Shown here one piece after another: positions 33,597-44,200 of a DNA stretch of 64,000 bases. The notes under the pieces are model-generated. The model was not told where the DNA came from and did not search any database. It saw nothing but the letters and a program-made list of their open reading frames with translations. The translations under genes were made by a program, and so were the position numbers. How positions within the stretch are numbered: position 1 is the first letter of the stretch; the number at the start of each line of letters is the position of its first letter. The stretch is from Epithemia pelagica (Eukaryota > Protista > Bacillariophyta): positions 3,348,001 to 3,412,000 of the forward strand of contig OX337228.1 of the NCBI GenBank assembly GCA_946965045.2, given 5' to 3'.

Positions 33597-35747
33597 ATGT
33601 ACAGACTTCTTCGTCACTCAACTATTTCATTCATCCTCATTTGTTCAAACCATCAAGGTGCTTCACGAGAACTGACGCAGACCAAGACTCCCATCAAGAT
33701 CGAAAGGTTCAACATACTTACAAGTGAACAAATCGAAGGACAGTTGTCGCAATGGGCATTGGATTACCCCCATCTGACTAGACTAACGACATCACAAGAC
33801 GAGTACAAGTTGCCTCGAGCTGGAGGACCACACGACTGTCCCTTTGTTGAGGGCGACGGATGCCCCAACTCCATATTGACCGTTCAGGATTTTGTTGCCC
33901 ATCCGGAGGGATCTGACTCATCCAATCGGCTCCCAGAAGTCTTTTGGTCAGGAGAAGTTCATGGCAATGAACGCGTCGGTCCGACCTCAGTTATGAAAGC
34001 CGTTGATCTTTTACTTCGAGCCACGTCTTGTCTTGCTTTACCACGTCTGTCTGTTCGGCAACAACAACCTTGGACATGGGAGGCCGAAGTGGAACAGGCA
34101 CGAAAATGTAGACAAGATTTCGAAGATTTTGGAATCGCTGAACAGGATTTGTGGTGGTTGGGTCGACTGGTATCGACTAGGCGTATCGTTGTTGTCCCGA
34201 CAGCCAATTCTCTTGGTTATTTCAGATCATCGAGAGAAGAAGCTGGAATTGACCCTAACCGGGACTTTCCGTACGACTATCTCCAGAGCTCTGAAAACCC
34301 TGAGTTCAACACTCAGTGTATGCAGACCATTGCTGGGAGGACTTTGAATGAAGTATTTCGTGAGCACATGTTTCAGCTCAGCCTTACGTTTCACGGAGGC
34401 ATGGAAGCGATCGGCTATGAATGGGGCGCTCCAACTTACAACAAACTGAACATCAGCCCGGATGACATTGTCCAGAATCAAGTTGCTGCTGCCTACTCTC
34501 GATTTGGTGGGTCATGGTCAGGGAAACGACCGTATGAGTATGGGCCAATGAACACTCTTGTTTATCCTGTACGTGGTGGAATGGAGGACTGGGCGTATGC
34601 GGGTAGCTGGGATCCAGCCCGTGTGATTCCGTGCAAACCAAACACATATACTGAGTATGATGTCGATCGAACAAAGTATAATAATGCTACTTTGAGGGTC
34701 CTCAACATGTTGGTGGAGACAAGTGATCACAAGATACCAAATCAGCATGAATTGGGCTCGTCAGCCGATCTGTTGAAGGGATTTTCTACAGTTGGCAATG
34801 GTCATGTTTCTCGCAATATCCGTTTGGCTCTGTTGTCGGCAGAGCTCGTAGAACCGTGGCTTGCAATACGAGAGGTCAATGAGCTTCATCTGTCCGATGA
34901 TATAATTCCTTTGATGAACCGAACAGGGCGCTCGTGCCAACGATTTAAACTTGTTTCAGTACCAGGGCATAGTCGTCGAGTCGTTATTGAATGGAGCGTT
35001 GGTGGCTCGCTTCATATTAATGAGTCGAAGCTGTGGTATGCAAGATGGTCTGATGTTCCTAATCTTGACTGTATGAACCAACCACATCTTAATATTGAAG
35101 AATTATTGAAGGAGGGCACATCAATGTCCTCTACAAGTGGCAAGACAAAGTTTGCGACCACCAGTAGCGCGCGAATGGCTCATTTCTCCGCCTCAATGGA
35201 TGTAACTGGATTCGCTCCGAATGAGAAAATTGTTGTGATGGCATCGGCTCAGGTTGACCAAGACTGGGGAACACAGCCTGACCCATACGAGCCTACAGGT
35301 TTACGACCTCAGTCACACCTGGCGAATGTCCGGACTAACAGTAACTGGTACCATAAATCAGGCGACAAGATTATCAAGGGACGATTAGACTGGTTCAGTA
35401 GTCCAGTAACTATCGAGTTGAGAGAGCTGGATGACTCTGTTGAAACAATCGAGGTCTCAGTCCGCTTACCTCTTGAAAGCTCGGTACTTGCACCTTGGAA
35501 TGAACGGTCGTCCAAGCTTATCTCAGTATTGACGACTGGACTGCTCGTTCTTGTTTTTCTATTGCTTGTTTGGCGCTTCGGTATTCGAAATCCCATCCGT
35601 CGTGGGCACAGAAGACGAATGCTGCGCTGGTTCGTAGACGGAAGAGATCATCGTAGGAGTTACATACAGACATACCAAACTGAATATCAAGATGAGCCCT
35701 CCGTAACCCAAGAACAGAGTGGTGTGGAGATGGAAAGATATGACTAG
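33597..35747 (+). CDS. M14 zinc carboxypeptidase, copy 1, with a C-terminal TM helix
   Basis: GEVHGNE (HxxE), GIDPNRDFPY, LTFHGG and GGMEDWAY; hydrophobic C-terminal segment. Confidence 0.85.
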   Translation: MYRLLRHSTISFILICSNHQGASRELTQTKTPIKIERFNILTSEQIEGQLSQWALDYPHLTRLTTSQDEYKLPRAGGPHDCPFVEGDGCPNSILTVQDFVAHPEGSDSSNRLPEVFWSGEVHGNERVGPTSVMKAVDLLLRATSCLALPRLSVRQQQPWTWEAEVEQARKCRQDFEDFGIAEQDLWWLGRLVSTRRIVVVPTANSLGYFRSSREEAGIDPNRDFPYDYLQSSENPEFNTQCMQTIAGRTLNEVFREHMFQLSLTFHGGMEAIGYEWGAPTYNKLNISPDDIVQNQVAAAYSRFGGSWSGKRPYEYGPMNTLVYPVRGGMEDWAYAGSWDPARVIPCKPNTYTEYDVDRTKYNNATLRVLNMLVETSDHKIPNQHELGSSADLLKGFSTVGNGHVSRNIRLALLSAELVEPWLAIREVNELHLSDDIIPLMNRTGRSCQRFKLVSVPGHSRRVVIEWSVGGSLHINESKLWYARWSDVPNLDCMNQPHLNIEELLKEGTSMSSTSGKTKFATTSSARMAHFSASMDVTGFAPNEKIVVMASAQVDQDWGTQPDPYEPTGLRPQSHLANVRTNSNWYHKSGDKIIKGRLDWFSSPVTIELRELDDSVETIEVSVRLPLESSVLAPWNERSSKLISVLTTGLLVLVFLLLVWRFGIRNPIRRGHRRRMLRWFVDGRDHRRSYIQTYQTEYQDEPSVTQEQSGVEMERYD

Positions 35748-35985
35748 CGACAAGGAGCCCATACCATGTGTTTTCTCTTAATGTATCCGTAGCCCTATTG
35801 ATTAATGAGTGCTCAATCATTTACTGAACGAGCCTGAAGGCTCCAGCATCTTGAGCAGATACAAAGAAGTCTCTAGCTAGCTAGGTAGGTAGGCAAAAGC
35901 GAGAGACCTAGCCCTCCCTAAAGACCTAAATTCACTTTGATTCTGTGATCGAGATGATTGATGACCTGCGACTGCGACATACACC

Positions 35986-38283
35986 ATGAATCTCTTTGGT
36001 CACAACTCACAACAGCCAATTTCCAGAATGATAAACGCAGCAATATTCAGATTAACCTATTTCATTACATTCGGCAGTGTATTCGTTACGTCTGTAACCC
36101 CTAAACTGACCAACTCAGCATTATCGCGTTCATTAACAATACCAAAAAAAGTTGAAGACTATGTTATTTTGACAAGTGAACAAATCGAAGGACAGTTGTC
36201 GCAATGGGCATTGGATTACCCCCATCTGACTAGACTAACGACATCGCAAGACAAGTACAAGCTGCCTCGAGCTGGAGGACCACACGACTGTCCCTTTGTT
36301 GAGGGCGACGGATGCCCCAACTCCATATTGACCGTTCAGGATTTTGTTGCCCACCCGGAGGGATCTGACTCATCCAATCGGCTCCCAGAAGTCTTTTGGT
36401 CAGGAGAAGTTCATGGCAATGAACGCGTCGGTCCGACCTCAGTTATGAAAGCCGTTGATCTTTTACTTCGAGCCACGTCTTGTCTTGCTTTACCACGTCT
36501 GTCTGTTCGGCAACAACAACCTTGGACATGGGAGGCCGAAGTGGAACAGGCACGAAAATGTAGACAAGATTTCGAAGATTTTGGAATCGCTGAACAGGAT
36601 TTGTGGTGGTTGGGTCGACTGGTATCGACTAGGCGTATCGTTGTTGTCCCGACAGCCAATTCTCTTGGTTATTTCAGATCATCGAGAGAAGAAGCTGGAA
36701 TTGACCCTAACCGGGACTTTCCGTACGACTATCTCCAGAGCTCTGAAAACCCTGAGTTCAACACTCAGTGTATGCAGACCATTGCTGGGAGGACTTTGAA
36801 TGAAGTATTTCGTGAGCACATGTTTCAGCTCAGCCTTACGTTTCACGGAGGCATGGAAGCGATCGGCTATGAATGGGGCGCTCCAACTTACAACAAACTG
36901 AACATCAGCCCGGATGACATTGTCCAGAATCAAGTTGCTGCTGCCTACTCTCGATTTGGTGGGTCATGGTCAGGGAAACGACCGTATGAGTATGGGCCAA
37001 TGAACACTCTTGTTTATCCTGTACGTGGTGGAATGGAGGACTGGGCGTATGCGGGTAGCTGGGATCCAGCCCGTGTGATTCCGTGCAAACCAAACACATA
37101 TACTGAGTATGATGTCGATCGAACAAAGTATAATAATGCTACTTTGAGGGTCCTCAACATGTTGGTGGAGACAAGTGATCACAAGATACCAAATCCGAAT
37201 GAATTGGGCTCGTCAGCCGATCTGTTGAAGGGATTTTCTACAGTTGGCAATGGTCATGTTTCTCGTAATATCCGTTTGGCTCTGTTGTCGGCAGAGCTCG
37301 TAGAACCGTGGCTTTCCATCCGAAGAGTCAACGGTGTTCCCTTGTTGGATGATACAATTCCTCTGATGGACCGGTCAGGTCGCTCGTCGTGTCAAAATTT
37401 CAAAGAAATTGCTGTGCCATGTTTTAGCACGGTGGTTATTGAGTGGAGCGTTGGTGGCTCGCTTCATATTAATGAGTCGAAGCTGTGGTATGCAAGATGG
37501 TCGGATGTTCCTGATCTGGACTGCTTGAACCAGCCAAATTTCAATGCCAGAGAATTAATGATGGAGGGAGTTCCCATTTCGAGCACAATGGGCAAAACAC
37601 GTTTCTCGACATCTGGGCTGGAGCAAACGAAATCGAATCATTTCTCAGCTTCACTCGATTTGGCCTCTTTTCACCCCGACGACAAGATTGTTGTGATGGC
37701 ATCAGCTCGGGTGGACCAGGATTGGGGTACCCAACCGGAACCCTACGAGCCTACAGGTTTACGCCCTCAATCACACATGGCGAACGTTCGAACGAATCCT
37801 AACTGGTTTTATCAATCAGGAGATAAGGTTGTTCAGGGTCGAGTAGATTGGTTTAGTTCCCCTCTCACCATCGTAATGGGGAACCTCAACAATACAGCTG
37901 ACGCTGTCGAACTGTCTTTACGATTGCCCCTTCATACGGGGAGACCATGGTCATCATCCGCGACAAATATTTCGGAAGGAAACGTAACAAGTATGGGTGT
38001 ATGCATACGTACATCTAGATCATCGTGGGCTTCGCTGCAATGGGCAGAAATGTTGTTGCTCGTCGTCACATTTTTTGCTTTGGTAGCAATTGTGATGAGA
38101 TGCTTGCTTAACGAACGCATTCGTTATGGACAGCGCAAACGTGTGCGTCGTTTCATTGCTGACGAAAGTGCCCCTCCCCCTGGATCACATCAGTTCTCCG
38201 ATGCGGAAGATTTTGAAGAGCCCGAACAATATCATGATGAAGTGGAGGATAGAAACGGTGTGGAAATGGAGCGCTATGGGTAA
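35986..38283 (+). CDS. M14 zinc carboxypeptidase, copy 2 (tandem paralog)
   Basis: Same motifs as copy 1; 36172-37314 is nearly identical to 33720-34862. Confidence 0.85.
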   Translation: MNLFGHNSQQPISRMINAAIFRLTYFITFGSVFVTSVTPKLTNSALSRSLTIPKKVEDYVILTSEQIEGQLSQWALDYPHLTRLTTSQDKYKLPRAGGPHDCPFVEGDGCPNSILTVQDFVAHPEGSDSSNRLPEVFWSGEVHGNERVGPTSVMKAVDLLLRATSCLALPRLSVRQQQPWTWEAEVEQARKCRQDFEDFGIAEQDLWWLGRLVSTRRIVVVPTANSLGYFRSSREEAGIDPNRDFPYDYLQSSENPEFNTQCMQTIAGRTLNEVFREHMFQLSLTFHGGMEAIGYEWGAPTYNKLNISPDDIVQNQVAAAYSRFGGSWSGKRPYEYGPMNTLVYPVRGGMEDWAYAGSWDPARVIPCKPNTYTEYDVDRTKYNNATLRVLNMLVETSDHKIPNPNELGSSADLLKGFSTVGNGHVSRNIRLALLSAELVEPWLSIRRVNGVPLLDDTIPLMDRSGRSSCQNFKEIAVPCFSTVVIEWSVGGSLHINESKLWYARWSDVPDLDCLNQPNFNARELMMEGVPISSTMGKTRFSTSGLEQTKSNHFSASLDLASFHPDDKIVVMASARVDQDWGTQPEPYEPTGLRPQSHMANVRTNPNWFYQSGDKVVQGRVDWFSSPLTIVMGNLNNTADAVELSLRLPLHTGRPWSSSATNISEGNVTSMGVCIRTSRSSWASLQWAEMLLLVVTFFALVAIVMRCLLNERIRYGQRKRVRRFIADESAPPPGSHQFSDAEDFEEPEQYHDEVEDRNGVEMERYG

Positions 38284-38344
38284 CCTGCTTCGTATCATAG
38301 TTCATCGAGGAGTAGATGACGTATCCTTTCTGGATTTATCACTA

Positions 38345-39043
38345 TTATTTGCGCATAACCTTGCCTTTCCGTTTCCTTTGAGTATTACTCTGCTCGGAGC
38401 GATTCATCCTTGACTTCGCTTCTGTCGTTCTAGAAGCACTGCGGGTGCCTTTGGCGATATTTAAGTGTTTTCTCTTCGATGGCATATTTCCTTTTAGTTC
38501 GTCTAGATATCTCTCCACTTTCCCAGCATATTCCTGTGCAGCATCCGTTCTTCTACGCCTTTCTAGTCCCTCATCTTTCGGTCCACCACCGTCCTCATCG
38601 TCATCCGGGATTGAGGTTGACGTAGTTACCACGACATGGCCGCCCCATTGATCCTCTGTAATCTGGTCTCGATATTCAGTAATTCGACGTGGAACGGAGT
38701 TTATTGTCACAGGGTTGTTGGGAGGTAGATTAACAGTCTCGTAGTCGTCCATAATTTTCTCGTCAACGATAGGCTCCTTTTGTTGCTCCGAACATAAAAC
38801 TTGCTGCTTCGAAGCATTGTTTCTGTCCCTTCTTGCTTCAAGCTTCCCGTTTCTGTCTTTAACCTTTTGCATGGCCAGACCAAAGGCCCGTCTCTGTCGT
38901 TTCCTCTCTGAAAACCCTCGGAGGTGTTCACGTCGCGCTTCTGGGTCAAACACAAGCTCCTTTACACGGTCCTTCTTCGGCCCATCACGTGACCTGGCAT
39001 GATTCTTTCGGCTCTTTGTTGGTCTTGCTTTCGTCATGCCCAT
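38345..39043 (-). CDS. RRP17: Nucleolar protein RRP17/NOL12 (Nop25) family
   Basis: ELVFDPEARREHLRGFSERKRQRR matches the family motif FDxxxRxxYLTGFHKRKxxRR. ATG at 39043 or 39037. Confidence 0.7.
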   Translation of the reverse strand: MGMTKARPTKSRKNHARSRDGPKKDRVKELVFDPEARREHLRGFSERKRQRRAFGLAMQKVKDRNGKLEARRDRNNASKQQVLCSEQQKEPIVDEKIMDDYETVNLPPNNPVTINSVPRRITEYRDQITEDQWGGHVVVTTSTSIPDDDEDGGGPKDEGLERRRRTDAAQEYAGKVERYLDELKGNMPSKRKHLNIAKGTRSASRTTEAKSRMNRSEQSNTQRKRKGKVMRK

Positions 39044-39147
39044 TGTCGAAATGAAAAAATTGTGTGGGGTTGAACGACTGGACACTGGACGTGGACGTCG
39101 TGCGCAGGTTTTTGGCTCGAGTCCTAGTGCCTCGTCCCTGGGTGTAC

Positions 39148-39307
39148 TGTCTTATTCGGGTCGTGGGAACAAAACCCGGATATGGGAAATCTTTGGGGGT
39201 TTTACCGTTTACATGGTTACTATTTTGGGGATCCTTACATTAGTGGTTTAGCCTTATAATATCTTTTAGATTTGCACGTTGAATAAGGTATCGACTGGAA
39301 CAAGACA
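39148..39307 (+). repeat. 5' LTR
   Basis: TGTCTT...AAGACA; no differences from the 3' LTR seen by eye. Confidence 0.97.
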
Positions 39308-39363
39308 GTTTATCAGACCCACTGCGGTATTGAGAGGAAGTAAACGAAGTGAACTACAGGAAT

Positions 39364-41280
39364 ATGGTAACGAATACTAGAGCTACGACGAAGAATCCAC
39401 CGGAAACAAGCCCCGAAGGGCAAGGAACGGGAACCGCTGTCCCAGCGGGGGGAGCCAGTACGGATACGGGTAGTAGAAAGATGCCCGCGAGGAAAACAGG
39501 GACGGAACGGAACCCCAGTGGTGGTGGCACTGGTGGAAGTACTGGCGGCTCTAGTAATAGAGCCGGGAGTTCAAGTAGTGGAACGAGAGGAACAAGAAGC
39601 GCGTCGACACGGGGCGAAACCGCTGGAGGTGCACCCGCTGGCGGCGGAGACGGCGGCGCTGGAGGAGACGGCGGCGCTGGAGGAGGCGGTGGTGGTGGTG
39701 GACACGGCGATGATGGCGATGGTGGTGCACCACCTCCCCCGATACCGCACCCGCCTGCAGGACCACCACCCGCGCTTTCGCAAGTCGGGCTGGTATTGAC
39801 CGTGTGCGGGGCAAACGCAAACGAAATTCAAGTACTAGAAAACATAGAACGTCTTAATTCGTTACACGCCTTCGGACGAATGAGTAAGGATGATGTCACG
39901 TCCTTAGCTTCAAGGTTGGAGAAACGCCCTGGACCGAATAATATAAGCCTTCCAACAAGCGTCGTAAAGAATCTTCAAGGGCTGTGTTTTTGGGCTTCCA
40001 AGGCCCGTAGACAGAGGCGTGACATCACTGCTGCCGACTTCGACCAAGTGGTACTCTCGGATGCCCTCGACGAGATGGAAATTAAAGCAGAAACTGACAA
40101 GGCACCGGAAATTAAGCCCGAAATCCTCAAGGAAGAGATATGGGAAGATTGGTCTCGCGAATTCCCTACCTATTTGTCCCACATAATTGGGAAGCAACAA
40201 GCCCCACTCGACTATGTAATTAGGCCTGAAATTCAACCTGGACACGTCTTTCAAACTCTCCGAGAGCAAGAATTGTACACTTACCCTCTGACTGGACCAT
40301 TCTTTCACGAAGACAACAAGGCAGTGTACCGGTTGCTTAGTGACCGTGTACGCGACCAACCCGCAACGTGGATTCAACCCTACCAGGCATCCCAGAACGG
40401 TCGAGCGGCATGGTTAGCCTTGGTGGCACACTACGATGGCGGCGGCCAGAAAGAGAAACGTATCAACAAGGCTGAAGCTATCCTTAGTTCCGTATTTTAT
40501 CATAACGAGAGAGCGTTTAGCTTCGACGCCTATTCTACCAAGCTTCTACGTGCATTCCGCACGCTCGAAGAGACACCTAATCGACGATCGAATGCAAATC
40601 AGGTCAAGATCTTGCTGGACAACATCCGAATTGCAACGGCCGAGTTTGCCGTCATAAAAAGCACCGTGCGAAGCAACTACAGGTCTAACTTAGATGACGC
40701 CATCGCCTATATCTCGCGTGAAGTCTCGGAACTGTACCCGAATGTCATCGGAGGCAGTGGCACACGTCCTGGCACTCGGCACCGGTTTATCTCGGAGACA
40801 CACACGGGCGAACAGTCACCCGCTTCCCGTCCACGGAATTTTGCGGGTCTCCAACAGCACAACGGTATTTTCACCTTCTACGGCGTTGACGTCACGGACG
40901 TCAGCCGCCGATTCACTTCCCAGGAGATGGCCACTCTTGGGCCCGCCGGACAGGCGTACATCCATCAGGAACGAGCTCGGCTCCGCAGCTCAGGTGATCG
41001 TGGCGGCCGTGGTGGTGGCCGCGGCCGTGGCTACGGGCGGGGACGTGGTGATTGGGGGCGCGGTGGTGATTGGGGGCGCGGTTCTGCTGCCAGTGGACGC
41101 GGCATCGGCAATGTCGACGTGAATGAGAATAATGAGCCACCATCGGTCATCACAGACCCGTCTGTCGGCGGAGGTACCAATGGACATGCCGCTGGTAGTG
41201 CGGCGAGAACCGAGAATCCCGGTAGCAACGACCGTGGCAGCACCAACGGACGCAGATTCGGAGCCGGCGCATATGAGTGA
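39364..41280 (+). CDS. gag: Copia Gag
   Basis: ATG at 39364; WEDWSREF...PLDYVIRP core; RGG-rich C-terminal part; ends in TGA in frame with pol. Confidence 0.88.
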   Translation: MVTNTRATTKNPPETSPEGQGTGTAVPAGGASTDTGSRKMPARKTGTERNPSGGGTGGSTGGSSNRAGSSSSGTRGTRSASTRGETAGGAPAGGGDGGAGGDGGAGGGGGGGGHGDDGDGGAPPPPIPHPPAGPPPALSQVGLVLTVCGANANEIQVLENIERLNSLHAFGRMSKDDVTSLASRLEKRPGPNNISLPTSVVKNLQGLCFWASKARRQRRDITAADFDQVVLSDALDEMEIKAETDKAPEIKPEILKEEIWEDWSREFPTYLSHIIGKQQAPLDYVIRPEIQPGHVFQTLREQELYTYPLTGPFFHEDNKAVYRLLSDRVRDQPATWIQPYQASQNGRAAWLALVAHYDGGGQKEKRINKAEAILSSVFYHNERAFSFDAYSTKLLRAFRTLEETPNRRSNANQVKILLDNIRIATAEFAVIKSTVRSNYRSNLDDAIAYISREVSELYPNVIGGSGTRPGTRHRFISETHTGEQSPASRPRNFAGLQQHNGIFTFYGVDVTDVSRRFTSQEMATLGPAGQAYIHQERARLRSSGDRGGRGGGRGRGYGRGRGDWGRGGDWGRGSAASGRGIGNVDVNENNEPPSVITDPSVGGGTNGHAAGSAARTENPGSNDRGSTNGRRFGAGAYE

Positions 41281-44200
41281 CGCCAGGCATCAGTGGTCAC
41301 TTGTGGGGCCAGGCGTGAGGTGACCACTGACAAGACGGTGGATTGTAGCATAGGAAACATGGGAATCAGCACTGGGAATGGGAATGATGTTGCATGCAAC
41401 GAAATGGATACGATGGCAGACACCTCCTGCGCTGGTGTCAATTGGACACTCATGGAAACAACAGGAATGGAATGCAAGGTTAGTGACTTTATGGGACAAC
41501 AGGTAGGAGGTCAATACGTACCGATAGCGACATGTGCCACATGCATCCGAGAGAAAAGTACAGGAGTAGAATACATCTTAATCGGCCACCAAATGTTGTG
41601 GTTTGGTAGCGCACTAAAGAAGACTCTCTTGAATCAAAATCAAATTCGGTATTGTGGGCATGTGGTTCGCGATGACCCCACAAGGAAGGAGGACGAAGGA
41701 TTTGGCATCACGGCCGACGGGTTATATATTCCCTTCGAGATACAGGGGACGACTATTTACTTTGAGTCCCGCGCGCCTACCAAGCATGAAATTGAGACTT
41801 TACCTGCGGTGACTTTGACGCGTCAAGAGTTATGGGACCCAAAAAGTGTGGATTTGAGCTTACACAATCGTAGCCCGCTAGATGATGCACGTGAAGAGAT
41901 CTCACTCGAAATTGGCGCGGTCTCTAGCGCATGCGATCCTGTGGCCGTGGGGCAGCGACTCGACAGTCTCAGATCGGTCGGCGGTCTCGGCTCGGACCGT
42001 CACTCGACCGTTTCACCGGAAAATCTCAGCAAGAAATGGAAGATTGGGTTGGAAACCGCGCGGAAAACCCTCCGCGTCACCACCCAACAGGGTATCCGGA
42101 CAGCTGTCACGCCTATAACGCGACGATATCGTGTTGACAACTTGGCATTGCATCGGAATAGATTGAACAGTCGGTTCTATACGGATACGCTTTTCGCTCG
42201 GACGACATCACTTTCGGGACACAAATGTGCGCAAGTATTCACGGACGGACAGTACACGGCCGTTTACCCACTCGCTTCCAAGGCACATGTCGGCCAAGCA
42301 TTGGCCTGTTTTATTGATGAAGTTGGGGTTCCGGATGGTCTGACGGCGGATTTGGCCGGCGAGCAAACGGGGGCCGCCACGCAGTTCACGAAATTAAGCC
42401 GCTTCCATCGAATTGACCTCAAATGGGCCGAAAAGGGCACGAGCAAGCAGAACCATCGTGCCGAGCGAGAGATCGGGCTTCTCAAACAACGATGGCATCG
42501 CCGCATGGTTGATTGTCGGGTTCCTCGTCGTCTGTGGGATTATGGGTTGGTTCATGAGTCGGGTGTACTTAGTCGCGTCGCCCGGGGACATGACAGCCGC
42601 AGCGGCATAGAACGACTTACAGGCGAGACACCCGACATCTCGGAGTGGATCGATTTCCAGTTTTTCGATATTGTCTGGTATCATGACAACACCAAAGCCG
42701 ATACGTCGGATGAACATCGTCACCTTGGGTTCTGGCTGGGGATAGCGCATCGAATTGGCAGCGACCTTTGTTATTGGATTCTCACTAAAGCAGGAAAAGT
42801 GTTGGCAAGGACAACCGTGCAACATGTGACGGAGCAGGAACAGGCGGAACCAGCCATCACGGCAAAGATTCAAGAGTTCCGGTTGATTGTTGAGCAGCGC
42901 CTCGACGATACGAATTTTGTGGATTGGGAGAGCAAGGGACCAGGATTTTTGGAGGACGTAGAGGAACCGGTCGAGGACGACACTCAAGTAAAAGGTGTAA
43001 TTCCGACGGATGAAGAATACGGGAAGATGATCCAGGAACCGAAGCCAGAAGCGGACGACCTTGGCGAGGAGTATGACAACTACTTGGGGGCGCAAATCCA
43101 GTTAGACGTTGGCGGTGAAACGTTGCTCGGGACGGTAGTGAAGAGGAAGAAAGGGTTAGATGGCAAACCAATCGGAACGAGGCACAAGAATCCACTCTTT
43201 GACAGCAGAGCTTACGATGTGAGTTTCCCTGGAGGTGTCATCCAGGAATACACCGCCAATGTCATTGCGGAGTCGCTGTATTCGCAGCTGGATGATCAAG
43301 GTCGACAGTTCGCAATCATGAGCGAGATCATTGGGCATAGGAAAAACGGGGACGCCGTTGGGAAGGACGACGGTTTCATAGTGTCCAAGAATGGGAACAA
43401 GGTACCAAGAAGAACGACGAAAGGGTGGGAAATTGCGATTGAATGGAAGGATGGGAGTCAGTCATGGATACCGCTTCGGGAAGCAAAGGACGGATACCCC
43501 ATAGAGCTAGCAGAATATATAGTCGCACAAGGGTTAGAGCAGGAACCGGCATTCCACTGGTGGGTGCCACGTGTCATGAATCACAAACGAAGGATCATAA
43601 ACAAGGTCGTTGGGAAAAAGAAGAAGCAGAAAAAGTATTGGAAACTGACACACAAGTATGGGGTGCGACTGCCACATTCCGTGGAAGAGGCGTTACAGTT
43701 TGACAAAGAGACGGGGACGACGTTCTGGCGGGACGCGATCGCGAAGGAACTAGGAGTCGTGAAGGTGGCCTGGGAGGCTCGCGACGATCTCGTGCTTGCG
43801 GAGGTGCGAGCAGGGCGACAGCTAATAGGGTACACGGAAATCAAGTGCCACATGGTTTTCGATGTGAAGATGGACCTGACGAGAAAAGCCAGATTGGTGG
43901 CTGGTGGGCACATGACAGATGCCCCATCAAGTCTCACTTATTCGAGCGTTGTGAGTCGCGATTCAATTCGGATAGCGTTTCTAATCGCAGCCTTGAATGA
44001 CCTAGACGTACTGGCTTGTGACATTGGAAATGCCTACCTTAATGCGCCATGTCGCGAGAAGATTTGGTTCCTAGGTGGAGCGGAAGTGGGTTCAGAGTTT
44101 CAAGGGAAGGTGTGCGTGATGACAAGAGCGCTTTACGGGCTAAAATCCTCGGGAGCCAGTTGGCGAGCGACGCTGGTGAGCACTCTCTATGACATGGGAT

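Noticed and set aside
39308-39325. Primer-binding site GTTTATCAGACCC
   Set aside because: Only TATCAGA matches the tRNA-iMet-type PBS, so the primer cannot be assigned without tRNA sequences.
41278-41280. Selenocysteine decoding of the gag-pol UGA
   Set aside because: No SECIS-like element recognised and no catalytic rationale for Sec there.
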